This document shows positions 1-10,787 of a DNA stretch of 64,000 nt, piece after piece. The stretch is taken from positions 224,001 to 288,000 of the forward strand of contig CBDDDG010000021.1 of assembly GCA_965226555.1 (NCBI GenBank). Direction: 5' to 3'. The DNA is from Salinispira sp. (GTDB lineage Bacteria; Spirochaetota; Spirochaetia; DSM-27196; Salinispiraceae). The first letter of the stretch is position 1. Each line of letters starts with the position of its first letter. The notes below the pieces were generated by a model. It saw only the letters and a program-made list of their open reading frames with translations, was not told the origin of the DNA and did no database searches. The position numbers and the translations under genes were made by a program.

Positions 1-31
1 AAAAATTCATAATACATCACAGTTTTGCTTT

Positions 32-355
32 ATGAAAAAGTTTCTATATGATATTATAGTACATATGTTTATGAATGTATCAATTATCGAAGTAATAGGA
101 TATGTCGCCAGCGCCTTTGTTGCCGGCTCACTCCTCATGACTGCCATTCTGAAATTACGGATATTAAACCTCATCGGGAGTCTGTGTTTCATAGTCTATG
201 GAATATTACTTCCTACCATACCGGTGCTCATTACCAATCTCTTTATCGCCATTATCAACATTGTGCAGCTCGCGCGGCTCCATAAGGAAAGGCGGCAGCA
301 TCAGCATGAGAATGATCGAATCAATGAGGATGATCGGGCTGATCCATCAAGCTGA
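32..355 (+). CDS. small inner-membrane protein, YgjV-like (start may be 71)
   Basis: Three hydrophobic segments; IGYVAS..SLLM..ILKLRILNLIGS pattern. Confidence 0.6.
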   Translation: MKKFLYDIIVHMFMNVSIIEVIGYVASAFVAGSLLMTAILKLRILNLIGSLCFIVYGILLPTIPVLITNLFIAIINIVQLARLHKERRQHQHENDRINEDDRADPSS

Positions 356-401
356 CTCAGCAATCAGAATGATCGCAGGCCATTCGGATTGATTGAATTG
401 A

Positions 402-677
402 TCAGGATTGATGCGGGCGCTTCGAATGGAGCTGCGGCGGATTTTTCATGAGATATTCATGATCTCCGCTGATATCTTCTATAAGATCACCGAGCTTCAT
501 ATTAATGGAGCGCTTTGTGGTTTTTGCGAAAATAAGCTCACGGGGATTTTCAAAGAGCTTCTTCACAGCCCGCATAATGCGCGCTATTTCATCATCTGAG
601 AATCCGTTAAGGATCATTGCCTTGTTTTTCAGGTACTGTCTTTCTTCTTCCATAAAGATAGTATAGACTGTTTTCAT
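402..677 (-). CDS. DUF3783-like small protein (start may be 653)
   Basis: ILNGFSDDEI..IMRAVK..IFAKTT..S.NMKL.DLIE...DHEY pattern. Confidence 0.6.
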   Translation of the reverse strand: MKTVYTIFMEEERQYLKNKAMILNGFSDDEIARIMRAVKKLFENPRELIFAKTTKRSINMKLGDLIEDISGDHEYLMKNPPQLHSKRPHQS

Positions 678-2907
678 GCCACTGGAACAGAACTACCGGC
701 ACTGCAGGATTTTTCGATCATCTATTTCACGGGGAAAAATAGATGCCATTCTGGTCGATTCAAAATTCTCTTCCACCGGCGCTCAGTTTTTTCAATGGAA
801 GGATATTCCCTGGAAATTCCATGTTCTCGGAGAAAGCCTGCCCCTTCTTGCGGAAGATGAAGTGTATTACCGGGGACAACCCATAGCCCTGCTTCTGGCT
901 GAATCTGAAGACCTTCTGGAGCTGAGCGCCGGTATGATTCACGTCCGTTTCCGGGAATCGCCGACGCCCGGGATCACAGCTGAAACATACCCGAAAACAC
1001 ACTCTGTAACATACCCGAAAACATACACCGATGAAGCGCAGATTGTCCGTACTGCCGAAAAAATACAGGGCGATCCAGATAGGGCATGGCGGAAAACGGC
1101 AGAAAACGGCGGTGTTCATACGCGCATCACAACCAGGCATACAACGAATGCCTGCGATGAAAGGGAACGAAGACACCTCACCGCCGCTGCGCACTGGAGC
1201 GGCACCGCCGATAATACAATGCTCACCATCACTGCTCCCGTTGCATGGCCGCATCTCATCATCAAAAATCTCAAATCCCGCATTTCACCGCAGAAACTCT
1301 GCGTTGTATCTACGGATACTCCTCCCGATTCTGCCTTCATCGACAGCCATCTCATCGCGCTCTACGCAGCCATATCCGCCATACTCAGCGGGAAGAATAC
1401 CCTCCTGTCGGTACCTCCGCAGGAACAGGCCTTTACGCAATGCCCCTCAGTTCAGACCAGCTTTACCATCGGCATTGGCGAAGATGCCGCGGCGCAGGTT
1501 GCCGATATCACAATGGATGTGAATGCCGGCGCCTTCTGCATCTTCAGCGATGAGGTCATTCATCAGGCAGTCAGCGCCGTTCAGGAATTCTATGGGGTGG
1601 AGAACTGGAAACTTGTTATGAGGCTGTTTACGAGCAGCAGTCCGCCGGTGAATGTTTTTCGGGGCATGCCCCTCCTGCAGGTTCCTCTTGAAATTCAGGC
1701 AAACCACATAGCAAAAATTATGGACAGGAATCCGCTTATCTGGCGGAGGGAACATATGCCCAAAATCCCTGCGCGGCGCGCTCCGCCGCGGCATGCGTCG
1801 CCCCGGCGCAGGGGCCGGAGAACTGCGGCGGATACCTCGGACGGAGATTCTGCCGATTTACTGAATGTATTGGATACACTTTCAGATTATACGCGCAGAT
1901 ACTCAGCCTATGAACTACTTCGGAAGCAGCGTAATCGGCAGCGTACCCAAAGTGCGCAGAGAACAGAATCGGTTCCCGTCACGCAGCTATTGCCGAATAC
2001 GCAGGTACTGCTGAAAGAGAATTTCGGAGGCATTGGACTCGCCTACGGTTTTCAGGCGGGCGGTTTCAGCAGCAGCGTTGAGAAACGAATGAAGAGCAGG
2101 GTACGGGTGGAAATGCACGGAGACGGAACAGTTCATGCCTACGTCAATGTCAGGAATGCCCCTATTATTAATTGGCTCAGGCAGATTATTGTGGATGAAC
2201 TGGGTATTAAACCGGAAAACACTGTTTTTAATACAGAGGACTGCCGCGAAATTCCGGACGGCGGACCTGAATTTGATCTTCGGTCTTTTACGGTAATTGC
2301 CGAAATCTTCCGCAGAGCCTGCATCAGGCTTCAGAAACAGCGCTTTCATAATCCGCTTCCTCTTTCGGTGAGCACTGTTTTCCGAGGGGGTCGGGAATGG
2401 GATGAGCAAACCCTCAGCGGTAACCCCTTTATCTATCGGCACCATGGAGCGGCAGCCCTTGAACTCGAATTTGATGCGCTCACCTACATTCCCCACATAA
2501 AGCAGATATGGATGGTGGTTAACGCAGCTCCCTTTCCTGACCGGCAGCGGGCAATATCCGCTCTTGAGGGTCATGTACTGAACTGCCTCAATTCTGCGGT
2601 GAACGGGATATCGGAAAATGTGGAAATATGCGGCGGCTCTTCACGTTCTTCACTGCGGGAAAGCAGAATAGTTCCGCGCATTACAATTATCTTCACCAAC
2701 CTGTCGGGGATGGGGCGGGAAACATGCAGCACTTTCAAAGAACTTGCTCAGGCGCTTATACCGCCTGCCTATCTCTCAGCCCTGAGTCAGGCAAGCGATA
2801 CGGCATGTACGGATATTCCCTGCGGAAGTCGGCAGATTTTCTCATATATTCACCATCACTCTGAACAACAGCGGATGGATAATGAAGGGAGCGCCCATGC
2901 GCGTTGA
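676..2907 (+). CDS. divergent xanthine dehydrogenase/CoxL-family molybdopterin-binding subunit
   Basis: PLLAEDEVYYRGQPIAL hammerhead motif, NAGAF, PPVNVFRG, GIGLAYG, PDGGP; first of three Xdh-like subunits. Confidence 0.75.
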   Translation: MPLEQNYRHCRIFRSSISRGKIDAILVDSKFSSTGAQFFQWKDIPWKFHVLGESLPLLAEDEVYYRGQPIALLLAESEDLLELSAGMIHVRFRESPTPGITAETYPKTHSVTYPKTYTDEAQIVRTAEKIQGDPDRAWRKTAENGGVHTRITTRHTTNACDERERRHLTAAAHWSGTADNTMLTITAPVAWPHLIIKNLKSRISPQKLCVVSTDTPPDSAFIDSHLIALYAAISAILSGKNTLLSVPPQEQAFTQCPSVQTSFTIGIGEDAAAQVADITMDVNAGAFCIFSDEVIHQAVSAVQEFYGVENWKLVMRLFTSSSPPVNVFRGMPLLQVPLEIQANHIAKIMDRNPLIWRREHMPKIPARRAPPRHASPRRRGRRTAADTSDGDSADLLNVLDTLSDYTRRYSAYELLRKQRNRQRTQSAQRTESVPVTQLLPNTQVLLKENFGGIGLAYGFQAGGFSSSVEKRMKSRVRVEMHGDGTVHAYVNVRNAPIINWLRQIIVDELGIKPENTVFNTEDCREIPDGGPEFDLRSFTVIAEIFRRACIRLQKQRFHNPLPLSVSTVFRGGREWDEQTLSGNPFIYRHHGAAALELEFDALTYIPHIKQIWMVVNAAPFPDRQRAISALEGHVLNCLNSAVNGISENVEICGGSSRSSLRESRIVPRITIIFTNLSGMGRETCSTFKELAQALIPPAYLSALSQASDTACTDIPCGSRQIFSYIHHHSEQQRMDNEGSAHAR

Positions 2908-3484
2908 CTTTATTCTCGATCATGAACCATGCAGCATCAATGTTACAGCAGACCTCAGTCTTTTTACCATTCTGAAAGAGAGCGATCTGCCGCTCCGTGT
3001 CCAGCTGCCGCCCCGCAACCAGCCGCCGCTCCGCAACCAGCCGCCGCTCCGTGTCCAGCCGCCCAGCGATCCGCCGCCCTTTGAAGAGTGCGGAAACAGA
3101 TGCTGCGGATATTGTGTGGTACTCTTCAATGATTATATGGCGCCCTCCTGTCTTCTTCCCGCATTCAAACTCATGGGGGGGAGGGTGGAAACTGCCTCCG
3201 GCCTGATGAAACAAGATACCTTCAGCCACATTCAGCAGGGCTTTGAAGAAGCGGGATATTATCCCTGTAAAATCTGTAGACATTCAGCAATAATTCTCTG
3301 TGAGTACATTCTCCGCAGGGAGGGCGGAGCTCCGCGAACCAGTAATCTCATACGCCGTCTCGGCCCCGAGCTCTGCGGCTGCGCGAGTCGGCGGCGTTTC
3401 ATAGAAGGTCTACAAATCGCCTATACGCTCCGACATCACCGGAGCTATCGGAGAAACATCCATGCAGAAAAAACAGAAACCTGA
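2897..3484 (+). CDS. (2Fe-2S)-binding subunit, CoxS/XdhC-like
   Basis: CGNRCCGYC..SC, CKIC and CGC cysteine motifs; Pro-rich 18-bp repeat insert. Confidence 0.75.
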   Translation: MRVDFILDHEPCSINVTADLSLFTILKESDLPLRVQLPPRNQPPLRNQPPLRVQPPSDPPPFEECGNRCCGYCVVLFNDYMAPSCLLPAFKLMGGRVETASGLMKQDTFSHIQQGFEEAGYYPCKICRHSAIILCEYILRREGGAPRTSNLIRRLGPELCGCASRRRFIEGLQIAYTLRHHRSYRRNIHAEKTET

Positions 3485-3616
3485 TGCCGCCCGCATCATC
3501 GCAGCCGGAGCTATCGGAGAAACATCCATGCAGAAAAAACAGAAACCTGATGCCGCCCGCATCATCGCAGCCGGAGCTATCGGAGAAACATCCATGCAGA
3601 AAAAACAGAAACCTGA
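3439..3616 (+). repeat. 66-bp tandem repeat x2.7 spanning a gene junction
   Basis: ccggagctatcggagaaacatccATGcag... starts at 3439, 3505 and 3571. Confidence 0.95.
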
Positions 3617-4535
3617 AGTTCACAGACCGAAAAACATCAATGATGCCCTGAACATTCTCAAACGGAAACCGGAATGCGTCATTTTTGCCGGCGGAAGCGA
3701 TATATACAAAAATTTTTCCACCCCCGCTGCTCCCGTTCCCGCCGCCGCCCATGCCCCCGCTGCTCCCGTTCCCGCCGCCGCCCATGCCCCCGCTGCCCCC
3801 GTTCCCGCCGCCGCCCATGCCCCCGCTGCCGACGATATTCTTCTTCTCGATACCATTGATGAACTGAAGCGGGTATACCGCAGCGACAGTTTTCTGGAAT
3901 TGGGGAGTATGGTAAATTTCGAACGCCTGAGCTGCCTGAAGGCGGGGATAATTCCTCCGGGTCTGATCGACTGGATACATCTCATGTTGCCGCCTCATAT
4001 ACGGAGTATCGCGACTATCGGGGGAAACCTTCTGGCAGATGCGCGGTATATTTCCGCATTCCACTACCTGAGCATGAACGATGCCAGAGTGGAACTGAGA
4101 AAATCCAGCGGGAGCCGCTGGGTTCCCATGAATAAGCTCAGAGAGGGGCAGAAGTGCTTCCTGCTGAATAGTGAAATTATTACTCGGGTACGGCTGCCGC
4201 TTATCTGGAACCATCAGCATTTCCGCTGTTTTCATTCGCATACCTCAGGAAGGGAATATGCCTTCTGCGCTCTCGCATCGGTACGCGAAAACATTCTGGA
4301 ACGGATCAGAATTGCGTACACATTCACCGGCCTGAAACAGTTCTGCGATTATCAGCTTGAATCATGTATCGTGGGGCGCCGCCTGCCGCTGCCGAAGCGT
4401 GATGCCGATCAATTCCTGAAAAATCTCGAAATCCGCTGGAGAAAGGACCCCTGCCGGAAAGAATCCGATGATCTTGCGCTGGAGCGCCTGCAAAATCTTT
4501 CTGCCTGGTTTATTCACAACATTGCCAATGCCTGA
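3462..4535 (+). CDS. FAD-binding subunit, CoxM/XdhB-like
   Basis: FAGGSDI and IRSIATIGGNL motifs; 33-bp repeat insert at 3723-3830. Confidence 0.75.
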   Translation: MQKKQKPDAARIIAAGAIGETSMQKKQKPDAARIIAAGAIGETSMQKKQKPEVHRPKNINDALNILKRKPECVIFAGGSDIYKNFSTPAAPVPAAAHAPAAPVPAAAHAPAAPVPAAAHAPAADDILLLDTIDELKRVYRSDSFLELGSMVNFERLSCLKAGIIPPGLIDWIHLMLPPHIRSIATIGGNLLADARYISAFHYLSMNDARVELRKSSGSRWVPMNKLREGQKCFLLNSEIITRVRLPLIWNHQHFRCFHSHTSGREYAFCALASVRENILERIRIAYTFTGLKQFCDYQLESCIVGRRLPLPKRDADQFLKNLEIRWRKDPCRKESDDLALERLQNLSAWFIHNIANA

Positions 4536-4549
4536 TACACTCTTATCAC

Positions 4550-7500
4550 ATGCAGTTTATTCATGTGCACAATCATTCCGACTATTCTCTGCTCAAGGCA
4601 ACATCCACTCCCGGGGGGCTGGCATCTGCTGCCCGTGAAATGAACATGCCTGCCATTGCTCTCACTGACGATGCCAACCTTTTCGGAGCATGCGCCTTTT
4701 ACCGGGAATGCAGAAAGGCCGGTGTAAAGCCTATTATCGGCTGCGATTTTTTCCTCGCTCCCCACAGCCGTCATCAGAAATCGACAATTGAAGACGGCAG
4801 GCAGTACCAACGTATGGTTCTGCTTGCAAAAAACAGAGAGGGCTACCGGAATCTTGTTATGCTCAGTTCCCTTGCCTATACGGAAGGGTTTTATTACAAA
4901 CCACGAATTGATCAGGAACTCCTGCAGAAATATCATGCGGGGCTTATTGCTCTTTCCGGAGGGTTTGGCGGAGAGATTCCCCAGCTCATAAACCGCAACC
5001 GTGTGCAGGAAGCCCGGGAGAAAGCCGATTTTTACACGCAGACATTCGGTCGGGATAATTTTTACCTCGAACTTACCGATCACGGCATTGCCGGTCAGCA
5101 GCAGATAAACCATAGCCTCATTACTATTTCCCGGGACATGAATATTCCGCTTGTCGCTGCCAACGACACCTATTATCTCAGGAAGGACGATGCCGATGCC
5201 CACGATGTTCTGTTGTGCATCGGCAATAAACGGAAGAAAAATGAACCCGGACGCTTTCGCTTCAGTTCAGATCAGTTTTATCTGAAAAGCCCGGAAGAAA
5301 TGTGGAAGCTCTTTGGAGATTATCCCGATGCGCTGGAAAATACCCTGAAAATATATGAGCAGTGCAATCTGGAAATGGAATTTTCCGACCCCCTCTTTCC
5401 ACATTATGAAATACCCAATGGCTTCGATAATCCCGATGCCTATCTGCGGCACATAAGCCATGAAGGCTTTCTCCGACGCTATGAAAACCCCGATCAGAAC
5501 CTGCGGAATAGGCTCAACTATGAACTGGAGACCATCATCAAAATGGGCTTCTCAAATTACCTCCTCATTGTCTGGGATTTCATCTGCTATGCCAGAGATG
5601 CGGGCATTCCGGTCGGTCCCGGGAGGGGTTCAGGAGCCGGCAGCATGGTTGCCTATTCTCTCGGTATTACCGATATCGATCCCATGGAATACGGACTGCT
5701 TTTTGAGCGTTTTCTTAATCCGGAGCGGGTCAGTATGCCCGATCTCGATATCGATTTCTGCTTCGCGCGGCGGCAGGAGCTTATTGACTATGTAACAAGG
5801 AAATACGGCAGCGATCGGGTGGGGCAGATTATTACCTTTGGCACTCTCAAACCCCGCGCGGTCATTCGCGATGTTGCCCGGGTGCTCGACATTTCCTACG
5901 ATGAGGCGGATCATGCCGCAAAGCTTATTCCCGAGGGCTTAAAAACCACCATCGACAGCGCTCTTGCCGATGAACCTCAACTGAAAAAGCTCTATACCGC
6001 CGACACCCGTTACCGTGAACTCATTGACGTGAGCAGAAAACTTCAGAACCTCCACCGCCATGCCTCCACTCATGCCGCAGGCATTGTCATCGGGAAGGAA
6101 GCGCTCACCCGCTATGTGCCCCTGTTTCGCGATTCCCGAACAGGCGCCATTTCAACCCAGTTTACCATGGAGGAACTTGAAGATAATGGTCTTGTGAAAA
6201 TGGATATTCTCGGCCTGAAAACACTTACGCTCATCCAGAATACCCTTAATCACATATCCCTTACAGATACGGAATTCGATATTAATGCCATTCCCGGTGA
6301 CGATCCGAAAACCTTTGAAATGCTCGGCGAGGGCAAAAGTCTTGCGGTTTTTCAGTTTGAATCGGGCGGAATGCAGAAAATCCTCATCAGGGCACAGCCC
6401 ACCTGCATTGAGGACCTCATCGCCCTCAACTCCCTATTCCGCCCTGGTCCCATGGAGAACATCGGGCAGTTTATCGATGCAAAACAGGGACGGGTTAAAA
6501 TTACCTATCCGCATCCCGATCTGGAACCCATCCTCAAGGAAACATACGGTGTTATCGTCTATCAGGAACAGGTCATGGAAACTGTCCGCATAATTGCCGG
6601 CTTCAGCCTCGGAAAGGCGGACATTCTCCGAAGAGCCATGGGCAAGAAAAAAGAAAAGGACATGGCAAAAATGAGGGTCGAATACATGGATGGGGCGGCA
6701 AAGAGAGGAATAGACAAAAAAACCGCAGCCGATATTTTTGATCTCCTCAAACCCTTTGCCGGATACGGCTTCAACAAGAGCCATGCTGCCGCATACTCGG
6801 TGTTAGCCTACAAGACAGCCTACCTCAAGGCGCATTATCCCGCGCAGTTCATGGCAGCGAATCTTACCAATGAAAGCGATAACAACGATACCTTCGCCCT
6901 CTATCTCAATGAAATTAAGAAGATGGATATGGACATCCGCCCGCCCGACATCAACGAGTCCGACAAATACTTCACCGTTTCGCTTCCCAATACCCCCGCG
7001 CAGCAGAACACCGCGCAGCAGAACACCGCGAGAAACGGCGCCGCGCCGCCCCCCTCTGGACAGAAGGGCGCGCAGCAGAACGAACAGAAGGAACGGCAGC
7101 GCATTATTTTCGGACTTATGGGAATTAAGGGTGTTGGTTCCTCGGCTGTCGATGAAATTCTCAGTACCAGAGATAGGCCCTACACTTCTCTGGAAGATTT
7201 TTTTGAGCGGATTGATCTCAGGCTTGTTAACCGGCGCACCCTTGAAATACTGGCGCAGTGCGGATCCTTCAACAGCATCTGCCCCTCCCGAAAAGCCGTG
7301 CTGGACAATCTCGATTCCTTCATCAATACTGCGCACTCCCGGAAGAGCGGAAAAATGTTCGGACAAACAGCGCTCTTTGAGCCGGAGGAGGAATATCCGG
7401 CAATTCAGCTCCGCACTCATGAAGATTATTCGTTGCCTGAATGTTTGAAATGGGAGAAGGAACTTGTCGGCTGCTATTTTAGCGGACATCCCTTAGATAA

Positions 7501-8074
7501 TTACCGGAAAGAGTGGGCATCGGGCACCAATCTGAATTTGGCAAAAATTACCCCATCGAAGGCCGGTGAAATTTTCCGCATTGTTGCCCTTGTGAGCCGC
7601 TACCGGGAAATGAGCACCAAAAAGGGCGGAATTATGGCAGCCGGTCTCCTTGAAGATTTTCAGGGCACCATTGAATTTGTTATGTTCCCTGACATTTTTG
7701 CAAAATACGCCCATCTGCTGCAGCCGGATATCGTTCTGTCCTTCACTGCCGAATGCGATATCCGTGACAATCGGAAACAGCTCATTATTCAGACAGCTCA
7801 GAACCTTGAACAGATCAGGCAGTCCGACAATGGGGAAATACACTTCAGGCTGAGGGAAATACCTGAAGATAACAATGTCCTCATTCATCTTCGTCAACTC
7901 ATCCATACACACCCGGGCAATTGCCCCGTGATCATCCATATTAATGTCGGCAGCCATGAACGGATTCTCCGCGGTTCAGCAACTCTCAGAGGAAGCATTT
8001 CACTCATCAATGAACTTGAGAATCATGCCTGCGTGGAAGAAGTATGGCAGGAGTATATGAGTAAACGAATTTAG
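4550..8074 (+). CDS. dnaE: DNA polymerase III alpha subunit
   Basis: PHP HNHSDYSLL, GPGRGSGAGS, PDLDIDF, FNKSHAAAY, C-terminal OB fold; 1174 aa. Confidence 0.97.
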   Translation: MQFIHVHNHSDYSLLKATSTPGGLASAAREMNMPAIALTDDANLFGACAFYRECRKAGVKPIIGCDFFLAPHSRHQKSTIEDGRQYQRMVLLAKNREGYRNLVMLSSLAYTEGFYYKPRIDQELLQKYHAGLIALSGGFGGEIPQLINRNRVQEAREKADFYTQTFGRDNFYLELTDHGIAGQQQINHSLITISRDMNIPLVAANDTYYLRKDDADAHDVLLCIGNKRKKNEPGRFRFSSDQFYLKSPEEMWKLFGDYPDALENTLKIYEQCNLEMEFSDPLFPHYEIPNGFDNPDAYLRHISHEGFLRRYENPDQNLRNRLNYELETIIKMGFSNYLLIVWDFICYARDAGIPVGPGRGSGAGSMVAYSLGITDIDPMEYGLLFERFLNPERVSMPDLDIDFCFARRQELIDYVTRKYGSDRVGQIITFGTLKPRAVIRDVARVLDISYDEADHAAKLIPEGLKTTIDSALADEPQLKKLYTADTRYRELIDVSRKLQNLHRHASTHAAGIVIGKEALTRYVPLFRDSRTGAISTQFTMEELEDNGLVKMDILGLKTLTLIQNTLNHISLTDTEFDINAIPGDDPKTFEMLGEGKSLAVFQFESGGMQKILIRAQPTCIEDLIALNSLFRPGPMENIGQFIDAKQGRVKITYPHPDLEPILKETYGVIVYQEQVMETVRIIAGFSLGKADILRRAMGKKKEKDMAKMRVEYMDGAAKRGIDKKTAADIFDLLKPFAGYGFNKSHAAAYSVLAYKTAYLKAHYPAQFMAANLTNESDNNDTFALYLNEIKKMDMDIRPPDINESDKYFTVSLPNTPAQQNTAQQNTARNGAAPPPSGQKGAQQNEQKERQRIIFGLMGIKGVGSSAVDEILSTRDRPYTSLEDFFERIDLRLVNRRTLEILAQCGSFNSICPSRKAVLDNLDSFINTAHSRKSGKMFGQTALFEPEEEYPAIQLRTHEDYSLPECLKWEKELVGCYFSGHPLDNYRKEWASGTNLNLAKITPSKAGEIFRIVALVSRYREMSTKKGGIMAAGLLEDFQGTIEFVMFPDIFAKYAHLLQPDIVLSFTAECDIRDNRKQLIIQTAQNLEQIRQSDNGEIHFRLREIPEDNNVLIHLRQLIHTHPGNCPVIIHINVGSHERILRGSATLRGSISLINELENHACVEEVWQEYMSKRI

Positions 8075-8095
8075 CAGAAAATTTTCTATGTAATG

Positions 8096-8125
8096 TTGAC
8101 ATTCGCCCCCCAATGTCGATATTAT
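8096..8125 (+). promoter_or_regulatory. sigma70-type promoter
   Basis: TTGACA-N18-TATTAT; C6 run in spacer. Confidence 0.55.
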
Positions 8126-8214
8126 GTGCTATACTCTAAATAAGACCTTAAATGGAGGTAATGTATGCAGATTGTAAGCATTAACCAAGAACCAAGAAAC
8201 CTTTAACACCCTCT

Positions 8215-10699
8215 GTGCTGTGGGGTTTTCTCATTATGATGACAGTGTTCATCACGGCCTGCCCAATGCCGGAACCGGAACCAATGTCGGAACCAGTGCC
8301 CATGGACATGGATACATCTCCTTTAATAGGCGTGTGGACCGCGGATAATGAGTTTCATACCATAGAATTCACCGCGACAACGTACATTAAGGTGGATTCA
8401 CTAGATGTGTTTTCGGATTTGACCTGTGATTACACGGATAACGGGAACTCAATTACGCTCAGTAATTGTATGGGAAAAGAAGCGGAAAACCTTAATGGGG
8501 CAACGGTAGAGTATACCATTGATGGAGATACGTTAACATTGAATGGCACTGTCTATACCCGGCAGAATTCAGATGTACCTGAACCAACCGTGCCGGGCAC
8601 CATGGCTGCTCCAACCCTTAAAGTGGGGAATAAGCAACTAACGGTTAACTGGACTCCGCCGAAAAATAACGGCGGCAGCCGAATTACCGCGTATGAACTT
8701 CGCCATAGCGATGACGGCGGGAGCAGCTGGTCGGAGGATTAATACGAAATCCGACGCGCCAGCCACAGAGACCATTGCCATCACTGGCCTGACAAACGGC
8801 ACCACATACGTCGTACAGGCGCGCGCACGGAACAGCGCTGGCGCAGGCGAATGGTCGGGATCAAGCGAGGGAGCAACCCCGATTTCAACAGTTCCCACGG
8901 AGCCGAATGGGTTCGTGCTTTCAGTGGATATGCAAACAATTACCGCAACATGGACTGCGCCGACCGATACTGGCGACAGCGTCATTACTCACTATGAACT
9001 ACAACATCGCGAAGTTGGAACAAGCGCGTGGGAACCTGTCATTGCCACCGCCGATGCCGACACCCTGACCCTCCTCATCCCCAACCTGACAAAAGGTGCC
9101 GAATACGAGGTGCAGGTCTACGCTGTCAATACAGATGGCAATGGTAACCCAACGGAAATTAAGAAAATAACAATTCCCGCTACCGTTCCCAGCGCGCCGA
9201 ATGCTCCCACGCTCACAGGCGGAAACACCGAACTTGTGGTAGCATGGACAGTGCCCAACAACGGCGGCAGCCCCATTACCTCATATAAGGTGCAGTATAG
9301 TTCAGACGGCGGAACTAACTGGACGCCGGCCCCGGGCAACCCTATCAGTGCCACGAGCTACACCATCCCGAGCTTGATGAACGGTACCACCTACGATGTG
9401 CAGGTGCGCGCCGTCAACACGGTGGGCGATGGCGGCTGGTCGGTATCTGCCACTCTAACCCTTCCGACCAAACCTGCCGCGCTGACAGCTCCCACACTTG
9501 CAGGAGGAAATGCGCGGCTTGTTGTTGAATGGACAGCGCCCGATGACGGCGGTAGCGCCATTACCGAATATAAGGTGCAGTATAGTTCAGACGGCGAAAG
9601 CACTTGGACGGCGGTCACCGATACTATACATGGTACAACCACAAGCTCCACCATTACGGGACTGACAAACGGTACCAGCTACGTGGTACAGGTACGCGCC
9701 GCCAACATGCAGGGCGATGGCGACTGGTCTGCATCCGCAACAGCAATGCTGCCGGTTCCGGTTTTTGCAACGCAGGTTCCTTCTGGTACGGCAGCGTCCG
9801 TTGTTCTTTCGACTGCTATCGATACCCAGATTGTCACTGAGAATCTCACTGTTTCTTTGGCTCCGGTTACTTCAGCGGCCTCAACGGTTACCCTGCCGAC
9901 AGTTACTGCGAGTACCGGACTTATTACGGTTACCGCAACGACAACGGCAGGAACATATGTGGTATCCGGCGCAGACGGAGGGGGAATTGAACGGTTTTCC
10001 GAACATTTCCATGTTACCGTGAGTCCTGCTGATAACGCTGCACTGGACACACAGGTAACTGCGGGGATAACAGCCTGGGGCAATACTGCCGATCTCAACT
10101 ACATTGTTACCGCGGCAGTAACGAATATGTCCGAAGTGTTCAAGGATGCAAGCACATTCAATGGCGATATCTCTGACTGGGATGTCAGTAAGGTAACGGA
10201 TATGTCGGACATGTTCAGGGGCGCAAACGTATTTAATCAGAATATCTCTGGCTGGACTGTCAGCTCGGTAACGGATATGTCGGGGATGTTCAGGGACGCA
10301 CACGCATTCAATCAGGATCTTACGAACTGGACTGTCAGCTCGGTAACGAATATGAACAATATGTTCATTTATGCACGCACATTCAATGGCGATATCTCGA
10401 ACTGGGATACCGGCGCGGTAACAACTATGGCCCAGATGTTCAATGGTGCAAGCGTATTCAATAACGATATCTCCGGTTGGAATGTCAGTAAGGTAGAGAA
10501 TATGTACTGGATGTTCTATCAAGCAAGCGGATTCAGTCAAAATCTTAACGACTGGGCCTGGAATAACTCGGTTAGTCCCGCTGTTCCATGGAAGACTAGT
10601 GATGGTGGTAAATGGAATAATGGCACATATATCGGAGTCAAAGGAGCTATGTTTACTGGTTCCGGCGTGACAGGTGATCTGATTCCGTCATGGTATTAG
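8215..10699 (+). pseudogene. FN3 + BspA (DUF285) lipoprotein, frameshifted at ~8738
   Basis: Lipobox ITAC; ORFs 8215-8742 and 8693-10699 join inside an FN3 domain (paralogue reads SWSEDITT); FNGDISxWDVSxVTxM repeats. Confidence 0.8.
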
Positions 10700-10748
10700 G
10701 AGCAGTTTCATAACCCGCAGGAGCTATTGAAACGTGGCAATTCAACTC

Positions 10749-10787
10749 AGGCAGGCGCGGAAAAAAATATCCGTGCCTGCCTTTTTT
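10749..10787 (+). terminator. intrinsic terminator
   Basis: aggcaggcgcgg/ccgtgcctgcct stem followed by T run. Confidence 0.8.

Noticed and set aside
310..405. GATC cluster as origin-like signal
   Set aside because: No DnaA boxes; low-complexity gene tails explain it
6982..7100. Intein in DnaE
   Set aside because: Short low-complexity insert with no C/S...HN splice motifs
8165..8200. AACCAAG x2 as a phase-variation tract
   Set aside because: Only two units and the start is uncertain, although three units would restore the frame
10120..10560. BspA repeats as DGR target or CRISPR
   Set aside because: 75-nt coding repeats; no reverse transcriptase, template repeat, spacers or cas genes
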